Shown here in pieces: positions 21,595-30,684 of a stretch of DNA of 64,000 nt. Each line of letters starts with the position of its first letter. The first letter of the stretch is position 1. This stretch comes from an uncultured Acidobacteriota bacterium (GTDB lineage: Bacteria; Acidobacteriota; Blastocatellia; RBC074): NCBI GenBank assembly GCA_963796275.1, contig CAWCKY010000003.1, positions 352,001 to 416,000 on the forward strand, given 5' to 3'. Position numbers and translations under genes: made by a program. The notes under the pieces were generated by a model. The model was not told where the DNA came from. It was given only the letters and a program-made list of their open reading frames with translations, and ran no database searches.

Positions 21595-22833
21595 CTAGTT
21601 TTCTAAACACTTTGCCACTATTAGAGTGAGGTCGTCGTGTTGTTCGTATGGTGCGAAATTCTGAACCTCATCGACGATTGATGCGAGTAAAGCTTCAGCA
21701 GATAAATTACAGCCTCGCCGCAATGATTCGGCTAGGCGCTTTTCTCCAAACTCTTCTCCTGCCTCGTTGAACGATTCGGTAATGCCGTCAGTATAGAGCG
21801 TGAGCGTGTCTCCGGGGAATAGCTGGTGTTCTCTTATTACGCAATCCCATTCCTTGAATAGTCCGAGTACGGTGCAAGTGGAATCGAGCCTTTCGAGAGT
21901 GCCATCGCTCCTGAGAAGGAGTGCGGATAGATGCCCGCAATTCACGTAGCGCAAGCTCCGAACATTGTCGTCGTATTCAGAAAAGAAAAGGGTGGCGTAG
22001 GAACTCTCGGCCGTGTTTTCGTAAAAGAGCCGATTCGCGGATTGCAAAAAGCGCTGCGGTTGATCCGACGCGATCGCCACCTGGCTGCGCAGATTCGCCT
22101 GTAAATTGGCCATCATCAGGGCAGCGGCGATCCCCTTGCCTGAGATGTCCCCGATAACAAGCCCGAGCCGTCCCCGACCCAGATCGAGGAAATCGTAATA
22201 ATCTCCGCCGACTTGGCGGGCCTGAATACAGCTCCCGGCATAATCGAGTGTCCGGAGAGGCGGGAGCGTCTGGGGGAAGAGCCTTGCCTGCACCTGTTTC
22301 GCAATCTCCAGTTCCTGTGTTGCGCGCCGTTCGATTTCCAGTTTCTCGGCGATCGCCCGGCGCTTCGCTTCGACTTCCTTTGTCATCTCATCGGAACCTA
22401 CGAGCGCAAACCGGTTCCCGTCTACATCCTCGAAGGTGGTGAACTTTCCGCCCCAGATAGGGGTGTGCGGCGGGTGGTGAAAGCGAACGCCGCGTTCTGA
22501 CCAATCGCGAAACTTGGCGTCTATGTCTTCTGTAACAAATACGACCTGCCGGGCTTGACCGATGAGCTTGTATTCTTCTTCGTGAGGTTCGGGAGCGACA
22601 AGCGCAATGATCGCCGTGCCATCCGGAGGAGTCACCCCAACCCAGCGGCCGGAGCCTTCAAATCGATTATCCGCCACCAGACTGAATCCAAGCTGGTCGA
22701 CGTAAAATCGTATGCTGCGATCCTGATCGCGCACGAAAATGGTGGTATGTAAAAGCCGGAGGTAAGGAGCCTGGCCATGATTCGGATGAACAGATAACTG
22801 ATTCGCCCATAGTGATACAAGAGGGTCGCTCAT
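21595..22833 (-). CDS. VOC/glyoxalase domain fused to a SpoIIE/RsbU-type PP2C phosphatase
   Basis: N-terminal TTIFVRDQDRSIRFY...LGF...FEDVDGNRF; C-terminal VGGDYYD, GDISGKG, NCGH, YTDGITE, QHDDLT. Confidence 0.9.
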   Translation of the reverse strand: MSDPLVSLWANQLSVHPNHGQAPYLRLLHTTIFVRDQDRSIRFYVDQLGFSLVADNRFEGSGRWVGVTPPDGTAIIALVAPEPHEEEYKLIGQARQVVFVTEDIDAKFRDWSERGVRFHHPPHTPIWGGKFTTFEDVDGNRFALVGSDEMTKEVEAKRRAIAEKLEIERRATQELEIAKQVQARLFPQTLPPLRTLDYAGSCIQARQVGGDYYDFLDLGRGRLGLVIGDISGKGIAAALMMANLQANLRSQVAIASDQPQRFLQSANRLFYENTAESSYATLFFSEYDDNVRSLRYVNCGHLSALLLRSDGTLERLDSTCTVLGLFKEWDCVIREHQLFPGDTLTLYTDGITESFNEAGEEFGEKRLAESLRRGCNLSAEALLASIVDEVQNFAPYEQHDDLTLIVAKCLEN

Positions 22834-22852
22834 GAGCGCGATTATAAAAAAG

Positions 22853-22884
22853 GTAGGACAGGTTACCAACCGGTGAACCTGTCC
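22853..22884 (+). repeat. Solo GTAG-type REP-like hairpin
   Basis: gta-ggacaggtt-accaaccggtg-aacctgtcc: 9-bp stem starting within a GTAG tetranucleotide. Confidence 0.6.
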
Positions 22885-22908
22885 AGCCAAATTTTCATTT
22901 TTTGTTTT

Positions 22909-23061
22909 TCAACGTGTCGCGGCGTAATTCGACGGGTTCTCCTGCGCCTTCTTTGCGCAGTCGTCGCAGCAGACGGTGATCTCTTTGCCGGCGACCTTCA
23001 CTTTAATCCCTTCATCCTTGATCTCCCAGTCGCATACCGGACATTTCTTCGTCTTGTTCAT
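22909..23061 (-). CDS. 50-aa Cys-rich TRASH/YHS-like metal-binding protein (absent from the ORF track)
   Basis: AAAGGA RBS; MNKTKKCPVCDWEIKDEGIKVKVAGKEITVCCDDCAKKAQENPSNYAATR*; CPVC...CCxxC...NPxxY signature. Confidence 0.85.
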   Translation of the reverse strand: MNKTKKCPVCDWEIKDEGIKVKVAGKEITVCCDDCAKKAQENPSNYAATR

Positions 23062-23164
23062 AATCAATCCTTTCGTATGAGGTTCGTTGACACTGAAACA
23101 CTACAACAGTCGCTCCGACTATTGCGGCAATTCCAACGAAAACAGGATAGGTGAAAGGGGAAAA

Positions 23165-24127
23165 TCAGACTTCCGGATTCTTGCTAATTTCGCGGAGCAT
23201 TCGGCTGCCGGCCGCGCGCACTTCGGATGGGGTGCGGTCGAATTCACGGCGGAATGCACCGGTGAAATGGCTATGGCTGGCGAAACCGAGTTCGAGGGCG
23301 AGGGCGGTAAGATCGTCCGCGCCATCGGCGAGTCGTTCGAGCGAGGCGCGGAGCCGCAGTCTGGTCAGATAGCGATGGATAGGCATTCCGGTTCGTTGTT
23401 GGAAGATACGTGCCAGATGAAATGGCGAGGCATATACGGCTTGAGCTACGTCATCGAGCGTGATGCGATCAGACATGCGACTCGCGAGGTAAGATTTGGT
23501 CGCCTCGGTTAGCTCTGCGTGATCGGCCGCAGTGCCGTCCCGCCGCGGCCTGCACGGCATCCCACTTAGCGCGAATGCTGCTTCTACCACCTCTGTGATG
23601 ATCTGAAGCGACATCTCTTCAACCCTGAGCGGGTCGAGCTGATCGTCGCCGGCATCTTTAACGTTCTTCAACTGCAACACGAGTTCGTAGTGCCGCCAAA
23701 AGACGCCGGAATTGCACGGTCCGGTGACGAATGGGAACGTCCATTGGGAAGCGTCGTCGACAGTCGGATCGAGTTCGCGGATGATGTCGCCCAGAGCTCG
23801 CGGTGATGGCGTGAAAATAGTGCCGCGATCGCCGCAATCGGCCGGATGGCTCACGTGGTAGGTCGATTCCTTGGAAAAGAAGACAGCCTGATTGACGTCT
23901 GCGGTAACAGTCCGACGCCCGAGATGCTTGCTGAATGCGCCGCTGCGCATTAGAACGATCTGGTTCAAGCTGGAGTATTCCTCATCCTGAGGGCCGCCGC
24001 GACCGATGGAGCAGGAGTAATCGCTCACGCTCAGGATGGGGCCGTCATAGACCGACTGGAATGAAATCATGTTATCGACCGGACGCGACATCAATTGCAT
24101 CCTACATGATCGGCGGGCGCGAATCAA
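23165..24127 (-). CDS. AraC-family transcriptional regulator
   Basis: ITLDDVA..SPFHLARIF and ALELGFASHSHFTGAFRREF double HTH; the true start may be ATG 24100, 24091 or 24070. Confidence 0.92.
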   Translation of the reverse strand: MIRARRSCRMQLMSRPVDNMISFQSVYDGPILSVSDYSCSIGRGGPQDEEYSSLNQIVLMRSGAFSKHLGRRTVTADVNQAVFFSKESTYHVSHPADCGDRGTIFTPSPRALGDIIRELDPTVDDASQWTFPFVTGPCNSGVFWRHYELVLQLKNVKDAGDDQLDPLRVEEMSLQIITEVVEAAFALSGMPCRPRRDGTAADHAELTEATKSYLASRMSDRITLDDVAQAVYASPFHLARIFQQRTGMPIHRYLTRLRLRASLERLADGADDLTALALELGFASHSHFTGAFRREFDRTPSEVRAAGSRMLREISKNPEV

Positions 24128-24147
24128 AAGCAGACAGCCGGCAGATG

Positions 24148-24999
24148 CTATGATTTCAAGAAGAGACTATTTACCTCGGCGGCTGAAATCATGGTCTCGG
24201 TCATCGCCGTATACGTCCCTTGGTTAAGCGTTTCCGTGGCTATGCGCAGAGCGAGCGCGAGCGCAGCTTGCAGTGGTCCACACCCAAGACTGATTCGCCG
24301 GACCCCCGCGCGTTCGAGAGCAGCGACCGGCGGGAGTCCGGCGTAGCCCGCATAGATGTTTAGCGGCAACGCCACCGCGCGCGCCATTCGTTCCATTTCC
24401 TCCAGGCTTTCAAGCCCCGGCACGAAGATTCCGTCGGCGCCGGCTTCGCGGTATATCAAAGCGCGTCTAACCGCTTCGCCATAGCGTGCGGCAGGGTCAT
24501 CGGCAGGAACGAAATAAGTATCGGTGCGCGCATTGATGAACAAAGGTACGCCGGTCTTTTCCGCTACAGCTCGGATGGCGGATATCTTTTCTGCCAGCAT
24601 GACTGGCTGGACGAGTTCGGTTGTTCCCGATGCCACGCCATCCTCAATGTTAACTCCCACGACACCCAGTTCAATGAGGGCGCGCACCGTCTCGCAAACT
24701 TCCGCCGCTGTTCGACCGAAACCGCGCTCGATGTCGACGCTTACGGGCACCGTCACAACTCGACATATGCGCTCGCACGCCTGTATCAGTTCACGTTTAT
24801 CTATTCGCTCGCCGTCGGAATAGCCGAGCGACCATGCGAGGCCTGCGCTAGTAGTTGCAATCGCAGGTGAACCGGCTTGCTCGAAAAGTCGCGCACTCGC
24901 TGCATCCCAGGCGTTCACCAGCACAAGGGGTTTGTCGCCGGCATGAAGCCGGTGGAATTGCTCGGCTCGTTCCTGTTGTAGCGTCAGTTGCATTGCCAT
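24148..24999 (-). CDS. Isocitrate lyase/PEP mutase family protein
   Basis: NAWDAASA, ATTSAG, SVDIERG, NIEDG, INARTD, GADGIFVPG. Confidence 0.92.
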   Translation of the reverse strand: MAMQLTLQQERAEQFHRLHAGDKPLVLVNAWDAASARLFEQAGSPAIATTSAGLAWSLGYSDGERIDKRELIQACERICRVVTVPVSVDIERGFGRTAAEVCETVRALIELGVVGVNIEDGVASGTTELVQPVMLAEKISAIRAVAEKTGVPLFINARTDTYFVPADDPAARYGEAVRRALIYREAGADGIFVPGLESLEEMERMARAVALPLNIYAGYAGLPPVAALERAGVRRISLGCGPLQAALALALRIATETLNQGTYTAMTETMISAAEVNSLFLKS

Positions 25000-26576
25000 T
25001 GACTCCTTTTATTCGAATTGTCGTCACTGCTGCGGCTCGTCCACAGATGCATCGCGGCATAAGCGCGCCAGGGTCGCCATGCTTCCGCGGCATCTACCAG
25101 TTGCGCCGCCGAGAGCAACCCGTTTCCATTACTCAGCGCGCGGCGAAGCCAAAGATCGTCCGCCGGGAAAGCATCTGTCTCTCCGAGCGCGCGCATCGCG
25201 ATGTAATTCGCCGTCCAGGGGCCGATCCCCGGGATTGCGCATAGACTCGCAATCACGTCGGGCAAGCCCTGTGATGCATCGAGCACCAGTTCGCCCCGAT
25301 GGATCCGCCGAGCCAGCGTGCAAATAGTCTTTGCTCGCGCCTTTGGTATCCCGAACTGAGAAAGTTCGGCCTCGGCCAGCACTTCAGGTCGTGGAAACAG
25401 ATGCGTGAGACCAGCCAAACTATAACCTTCCAGCGGCCGCCCGAATGCTTTCGTCAGGCGCCCTGCCAGCGTTGCTGCGCCTTTCATGGAAATTTGCTGT
25501 CCGAGCACGGCTCTAACAGCGAGCTCAAAGCCATCCCACGAGCCTGGGACTCTCAAACCCGGCGCGTCTTCGACATGCCTGCGCAGGATCGGGTTGCGGC
25601 GCAGGTGCTCGGTGATCTGTAATGGATCGGCGCCTAGATCGAATAAACGCCTGGCGCGCTCGATCACCAGAAGCAACAAATCGTAACTGGGTAACTGCAC
25701 GCGCATCGTCAAAGAGCCCTCGACTTGGCCCCGGTTCAGCTCAATGGTTCCTGCCAAATCTCCAATCTCGATAGTTCTCTGGTAGGATTCCCCCTGAACC
25801 AGCTCGATCCCTTGTATGGCGCGCGCTTTGAGAAAGCGCAGCGTCGCTGCCCAGTCCAAAGGCGGCCGGTAGGGCAGTCGCACGACCAGGCCGCTACCAT
25901 TCTGCATCTGAAGCGAGCCGCCTTTTTTGCTCTTCAATCCATATCGCCGCCGCCGTTCCGTCGGAGACTGCCCGAATGTCGTGCGCACCGAGTGATTGAA
26001 TTGGCGTATGCTGCTGAAACCTGCAGAAAAGGCAATTTCAGTAATCGGGAGCATCGTCTCTTCGATCAACTTGACGGCGAAATGTACGCGGCGGGCGCGG
26101 GCAATGGCACCAGGCGAAGCGCCCAGGTGCTCGGCAAACAAACGGCGAAGCTGGCGCTCGCTGATGCCGAGTCGATACGCAAGCGCCTCGATATTACTTT
26201 CGTCCAGGGCTCCATCGGAGATCAGCCTGAGGGCACGGGAAACCACGGCCGAACTGCCAAACCAGGCGGGGGTTCCGGGGGCCGTTTCCGGATGACAGCG
26301 CCGGCAGGGACGAAATCCAGCCGCCTCGGCGGCAGCCGCGCAGGCAAAGAACCTCATGTTCTCAAATTTCGGCGGATGAACCGGGCAGATTGGCCGGCAA
26401 TAAATACCGGTCGTGATCACGCCGGTGAAAAAACGGCCATCGAATCGCCGATCACGGCTCAGGATCGCTTTGTAGCAAATTTCCGGATCAAGTTTCATAC
26501 AGCCTTGCGGAATCAGCTCAGGATGATTTTCCCCTCTTGTGAAATCAAAATTCTCGTACTCATATCCTTCCTCCAT
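24984..26576 (-). CDS. alkA: AdaA-AlkA fusion: Ada Zn domain, AraC HTH and DNA-3-methyladenine glycosylase II
   Basis: TTGIYCRPIC, GFRPCRRC, AVLGQQIS, HhH IPGIGPWTANY, DAFPADD, WRPWRAYA; alternative start ATG 26498. Confidence 0.93.
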   Translation of the reverse strand: MEEGYEYENFDFTRGENHPELIPQGCMKLDPEICYKAILSRDRRFDGRFFTGVITTGIYCRPICPVHPPKFENMRFFACAAAAEAAGFRPCRRCHPETAPGTPAWFGSSAVVSRALRLISDGALDESNIEALAYRLGISERQLRRLFAEHLGASPGAIARARRVHFAVKLIEETMLPITEIAFSAGFSSIRQFNHSVRTTFGQSPTERRRRYGLKSKKGGSLQMQNGSGLVVRLPYRPPLDWAATLRFLKARAIQGIELVQGESYQRTIEIGDLAGTIELNRGQVEGSLTMRVQLPSYDLLLLVIERARRLFDLGADPLQITEHLRRNPILRRHVEDAPGLRVPGSWDGFELAVRAVLGQQISMKGAATLAGRLTKAFGRPLEGYSLAGLTHLFPRPEVLAEAELSQFGIPKARAKTICTLARRIHRGELVLDASQGLPDVIASLCAIPGIGPWTANYIAMRALGETDAFPADDLWLRRALSNGNGLLSAAQLVDAAEAWRPWRAYAAMHLWTSRSSDDNSNKRSQWQCN

Positions 26577-26748
26577 GCTTATAAATCTTTTGTCCGCTCC
26601 TGGCTAGCAACTTTCGGACACCATCCTTTTGGCTCACGCAAAGCCGAAATGGCGCGAAGAAACAAAGAAGCAGAGCATACTTCTTCGCGAATTTGCGGAT
26701 TTGCGTGAGATTTCCTATCTCAAATGTCGCATCTTTGTATAGTTCGAT

Positions 26749-27573
26749 TTAGCGAATCCGGCCGCCGGCTTTGGCAACGAACATCAGGTTCTCCGGCGGT
26801 TCAATCATCCGAACGGTACTATTACGTACCTCAACGAGGTCCTGAAACCCACGCTCCTCCATGACATTCAGAACATTAACTCTTTCATTGCTCTTTTCTA
26901 GAAATTGCACAAAACCGGACAAAGACTTGTTCTTGCGCAGGTACTCATCCAGCCTCCGCCAGAGCTTGGGCCAGATGGGGGGTACCGTGGCGAGGTTGGC
27001 CCGGCTTTTAACCGTAACGCCCTGCGTAGTGCGGTCGGTCGGCCAAAGCCCGGCCTTGTCCTCCTTCGCCAGATATATCGCCTCATCAAATTCTTTACGG
27101 AGTTCGGCGAACAGTGTGTTGTAATAGAGCGGATAGGCGAATCCGGCTCGGGCTTGATGGATATTAACCGACTCTCGAATCAATGGTCCGTCAGCGTATA
27201 CAGTCGCGCCATCGGTCCTCCTTGTCGTGCCGGCGAACGCCAATGTAATTGGGCGACCGGCCACATCATCGGTCATACGAGTGAGGACAAATCCGCGCGG
27301 TTCCGGATTACTGTTTTCATCAAAACCAATCACTTTGATCAAGCTGTCACGAGCTTGTTCAGCAAGTGGTTTGGTTGCGTCCTTTTCAAGTGTATCGACA
27401 CCATCGAGCCGAAGCTGCGTGGTGTTCCTGGTCTCTGGCCCCGTTCCGAGTTCGACAGGCCTTCCCTCAAGGTTCTTCCATAGTTTTATATCGTCGGCGA
27501 GAAAGCGGATCGAGTCTCCATCGGGTGTCCCCGCCATAGGCTTGAAGCGGCCTTTAATTAATAGATACGGCAT
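26749..27573 (-). CDS. Staphylococcal-nuclease (thermonuclease)-like protein, no signal peptide
   Basis: DGDSIRF, RLDGVDTLE, GRPI, N..QARAGFAY, AKEDKAGLW; AGGAGG RBS. Confidence 0.8.
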   Translation of the reverse strand: MPYLLIKGRFKPMAGTPDGDSIRFLADDIKLWKNLEGRPVELGTGPETRNTTQLRLDGVDTLEKDATKPLAEQARDSLIKVIGFDENSNPEPRGFVLTRMTDDVAGRPITLAFAGTTRRTDGATVYADGPLIRESVNIHQARAGFAYPLYYNTLFAELRKEFDEAIYLAKEDKAGLWPTDRTTQGVTVKSRANLATVPPIWPKLWRRLDEYLRKNKSLSGFVQFLEKSNERVNVLNVMEERGFQDLVEVRNSTVRMIEPPENLMFVAKAGGRIR

Positions 27574-27600
27574 ACTTTCCTCCTGTTAAAGTTGAAAAAA

Positions 27601-27733
27601 AGGCCACCGAGACACAGACCATTCTTCATTTTTCATATGACATTTTCATTTGTCGTTGAATAAACGCGTCCCAACCAATGACAAATGAAGAATGCCAAAT
27701 GGAAAATACAAATGTCTTGTGTCTCGGTGGCCT
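27601..27733. repeat. 133-bp intergenic inverted-repeat element
   Basis: aggccaccgagacaca / tgtgtctcggtggcct outer arms (16 bp) with inner ttcatttgtc / gacaaatgaa arms. Confidence 0.85.
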
Positions 27734-28106
27734 AGTCCTGTTATCTAGAAATGAGTACAAGGGGCAAATGATCATCAAGGTCGATGCAAGTGGAATCATT
27801 ACCTTTTTTGCCTTTAAAGATCAAGATGATTGATCGTCAAACTTGGATAGCTAATCAACGAGCAGAATGTAATACTCGGCGAGTCTACTGAGAATCACAT
27901 CTGCGCCAGATCGCTGGCTCGTCAAACGCTGCTCGACTGGTCCTCAATAGTCGCAACCGTTCTAAATCGGGATGACGATGCGCCAAATCAGATTCCATCT
28001 GCCGCACATTCAAGATAATTTGGCTATTACCGTAATTTGCCGACTCCCCATATAATGGTGGGAATGTTGCCCCTGTTGTGAACATCACAAATAAGGTAGG
28101 TAGAAC

Positions 28107-29261
28107 GTGGAAAAGACTGGCGACGCGCAATCACAGGCGGCAGGTGTCTCCCGCCGCTCATTTATCTCAAAGGCATTAGTCGCAGCTGTTCTGGTTGCGG
28201 GTGTTTCATTATTCCTTCACACAACCACGATTAATCTAACCAGTCCCGGTGCCGCTGCGGCTAAAACCGCGGTAAAGATCGAGTGCGTTGCCGGATGCGG
28301 CACTGGTCCATTCGGCGGGCCAGCTCGAGAGGCGAAGTTGATTGAACCTTTCGGAGTAGCATTCGACAAAGGGGGCAATTGGTATATCTGTGAGTACAAG
28401 GGACAACGAATCACGAAGGTCGATGCGAAGGGAAGCATCACCTTTTTTGCGGGTAACGATCAGCATGATTTGCAGGGGACCGAGGGCAATAAGGCCAACC
28501 AGTTGAAATTTAACGACCCTCACGGATTGGTGATCAGCAAGGACCAGCAGATGTACATCGCCGACACAATGAATCACCGCCTCATCAAGATCGCGATGAA
28601 GACGGGCGTTGCGGCGACCATCGCCGGTACGGGGCAGCCCGGCTATTCAGGGGATGGAGGCCCTGGCGTTAAAGCTGCGTTCAATCAGCTATACGCCATA
28701 GATATCAATCTGACTGGAGATAGCATATATATCACTGATCTTCGCAACCGGCGCATAAGGGTATTGGATTTGAAAACCGGCATCGTGAATACGATAGCGG
28801 GGAATGGGGACAAGGGCATTCCGGATGATGGAGCGGACGCCGTTAAAAGTCCACTGGTAGACCCGCGTGCAGCTGCCATCGATTCCAAAAGCAACCTATA
28901 TATTCTGGAACGAGCCGGCAATGCGCTCCGTGTGGTTGATAAGAACGGCAAAATCCGGACGGTTATTGCTCCCGGTTCTAAAATCGAAAAGGATTTAAAC
29001 GGACCCAAACATCTCTGTTTTGACCGGCAGGATCATGTGCTCATCGCCGATACGGAGAATCATTTGATCCGTATGTATAATCCGAGAGATGGGAAGTCAG
29101 TTGTCATCGCTGGTACCGGAGAGAAAGGGGACCGGCTGGTTTCGGACGACCCGCTGAAGACACAGTTGAATCGTCCGCACGGAGTCTTCGTGCACCAATC
29201 GGGCGCTCTCTATATTTCCGATAGCGACAATCATCGCGTGTTGAAAATGTCGAACTGGTAG
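28107..29261 (+). CDS. NHL-repeat beta-propeller protein, Tat-like signal
   Basis: SRRSFI; repeated P.G....YIADT.NHR units; GYSGDGGP. Confidence 0.9.
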   Translation: MEKTGDAQSQAAGVSRRSFISKALVAAVLVAGVSLFLHTTTINLTSPGAAAAKTAVKIECVAGCGTGPFGGPAREAKLIEPFGVAFDKGGNWYICEYKGQRITKVDAKGSITFFAGNDQHDLQGTEGNKANQLKFNDPHGLVISKDQQMYIADTMNHRLIKIAMKTGVAATIAGTGQPGYSGDGGPGVKAAFNQLYAIDINLTGDSIYITDLRNRRIRVLDLKTGIVNTIAGNGDKGIPDDGADAVKSPLVDPRAAAIDSKSNLYILERAGNALRVVDKNGKIRTVIAPGSKIEKDLNGPKHLCFDRQDHVLIADTENHLIRMYNPRDGKSVVIAGTGEKGDRLVSDDPLKTQLNRPHGVFVHQSGALYISDSDNHRVLKMSNW

Positions 29262-29319
29262 TCTGCCATCTACTTTATGCGTGGGCGCAGAGGTAATCGA
29301 GGCATCTGTTATCCTATAT

Positions 29320-30684
29320 TCAGGCGATCACATCCCGCACCACATTCCCATACACATCGGTCAGACGAAAATCCCTTCCGGCATATCGGTATGTCAGTTT
29401 CTCGTGGTCGAGTCCAAGCAGATGCAGCACTGTTGCGTGGAGATCGTGGATCGAGACCTGTTTCTCGACCGCCTTGAACCCGAATTCATCGGTGGCTCCA
29501 TAGACCATGCCGGCCTTTACTCCGCCGCCGGCCAGCCACATCGTGAAGCCGTAAGGATTATGGTCGCGGCCATTGCCCTTTTCGGAGACTGGCGTGCGCC
29601 CGAACTCGCCGCCCCAGATGACCAGCGTCTCATCCAGCAGACCACGTCGTTTTAGATCGCGGATCAACGCCGCCGAGGCGCGGTCCATATCCGGGCATCG
29701 TTGGCGGAGCCCTTTCTCGAGGTTTTCGTGGTCGTCCCATTGCTGCCCCGGCCCGTGATGCACCTGGACGTAGCGGACACCGCTTTCGACCAGCCTTCGC
29801 GCCATCAGGCAGCCATTAGCATATGGCGTCGTCCCGTACTCGGCCCGCACAGATTCGGGCTCTTTGCGTATGTCGAAAACATCCGAGGCGGTGAACTGCA
29901 TACGGTAGGCCGTTTCCATGCTCTTGATCCGGCCCTCGAGGAAATCGTCAGCGCCAAAGGACTCGGCGTGCGCCCGGTTCAAAGTCTGGATCGCGTCCAA
30001 CTGCGCTCGCTGCGCCGTAACGTCCAGATCTTTGTTGCGCAGGAATCGGATCATCTTTTCAGGATCAGATTCGGTATTGTTGAAGAGCGTGCCCTGATAT
30101 TCAGCCGGGAGAAACCCGGAACTCGTCCACAGGCTGTTAGCGGTGGGGCTCAACACTATGAATGCGGGCAGGTTCTGATTTTCTGTGCCCAGGCCATATG
30201 AAACCCAGGCGCCGATGGTCGGGCGCATCGAGGTCATGATCCCGCTGAAGAAGAGATTTCGGCCCGGCTCATGGTTTGGATTGAAACTATAGACCGAACG
30301 GATGACGCACAGATCATCTATTGTGGAAGCGAGGTTGGGCAGCAACTCACTGACTTCGATCCCGCTCTGTCCATGCTTCTTAAACTTGAACATGGATGGT
30401 AGCAGGCCGCCAGTCTTGCGCTCCGTTCGCAGGTTCACTCCCGCAGGCCTCTGGCCTTCATATTTTTTGAGCGCCGGCTTGGGATCTAGCAGATCAACTT
30501 GCGAAGGTCCGCCCGTCATGAACAGCAATATGATGTGCTTGGCCTTGGGCGCAAAGTGCGGCCCTGCGTCGTGCGACAACTCAGCGCCGAACGTTTTGCC
30601 GGCCAAAAGGTCGGCCAGGACAAAGGAACCTAACCCGCCGCCCAGAGATGAAATGAACGAACGCCTTGAAAAATTGTCTGTCAT
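29320..30684 (-). CDS. DUF1501 sulfatase-like protein, Tat-exported
   Basis: SRRSFI, LFMTGGPSQVDLLDPKP, WGGEFGRTP, GRDHNP, HDLHATVLHLLGLDH. Confidence 0.92.
   Translation of the reverse strand: MTDNFSRRSFISSLGGGLGSFVLADLLAGKTFGAELSHDAGPHFAPKAKHIILLFMTGGPSQVDLLDPKPALKKYEGQRPAGVNLRTERKTGGLLPSMFKFKKHGQSGIEVSELLPNLASTIDDLCVIRSVYSFNPNHEPGRNLFFSGIMTSMRPTIGAWVSYGLGTENQNLPAFIVLSPTANSLWTSSGFLPAEYQGTLFNNTESDPEKMIRFLRNKDLDVTAQRAQLDAIQTLNRAHAESFGADDFLEGRIKSMETAYRMQFTASDVFDIRKEPESVRAEYGTTPYANGCLMARRLVESGVRYVQVHHGPGQQWDDHENLEKGLRQRCPDMDRASAALIRDLKRRGLLDETLVIWGGEFGRTPVSEKGNGRDHNPYGFTMWLAGGGVKAGMVYGATDEFGFKAVEKQVSIHDLHATVLHLLGLDHEKLTYRYAGRDFRLTDVYGNVVRDVIA

Noticed and set aside
25725-26708. 327-aa ORF antisense to alkA, and similar long antisense ORFs (9450..10385, 31614..32504, 39930..40886, 53576..54394)
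   Set aside because: Typical shadow frames of GC-rich coding genes; no motifs.
27885-28130. 81-aa minus-strand ORF in the gap before the NHL gene
   Set aside because: It overlaps the NHL gene start and promoter region, has no RBS and only a weak PAIWRR resemblance; unsupported.
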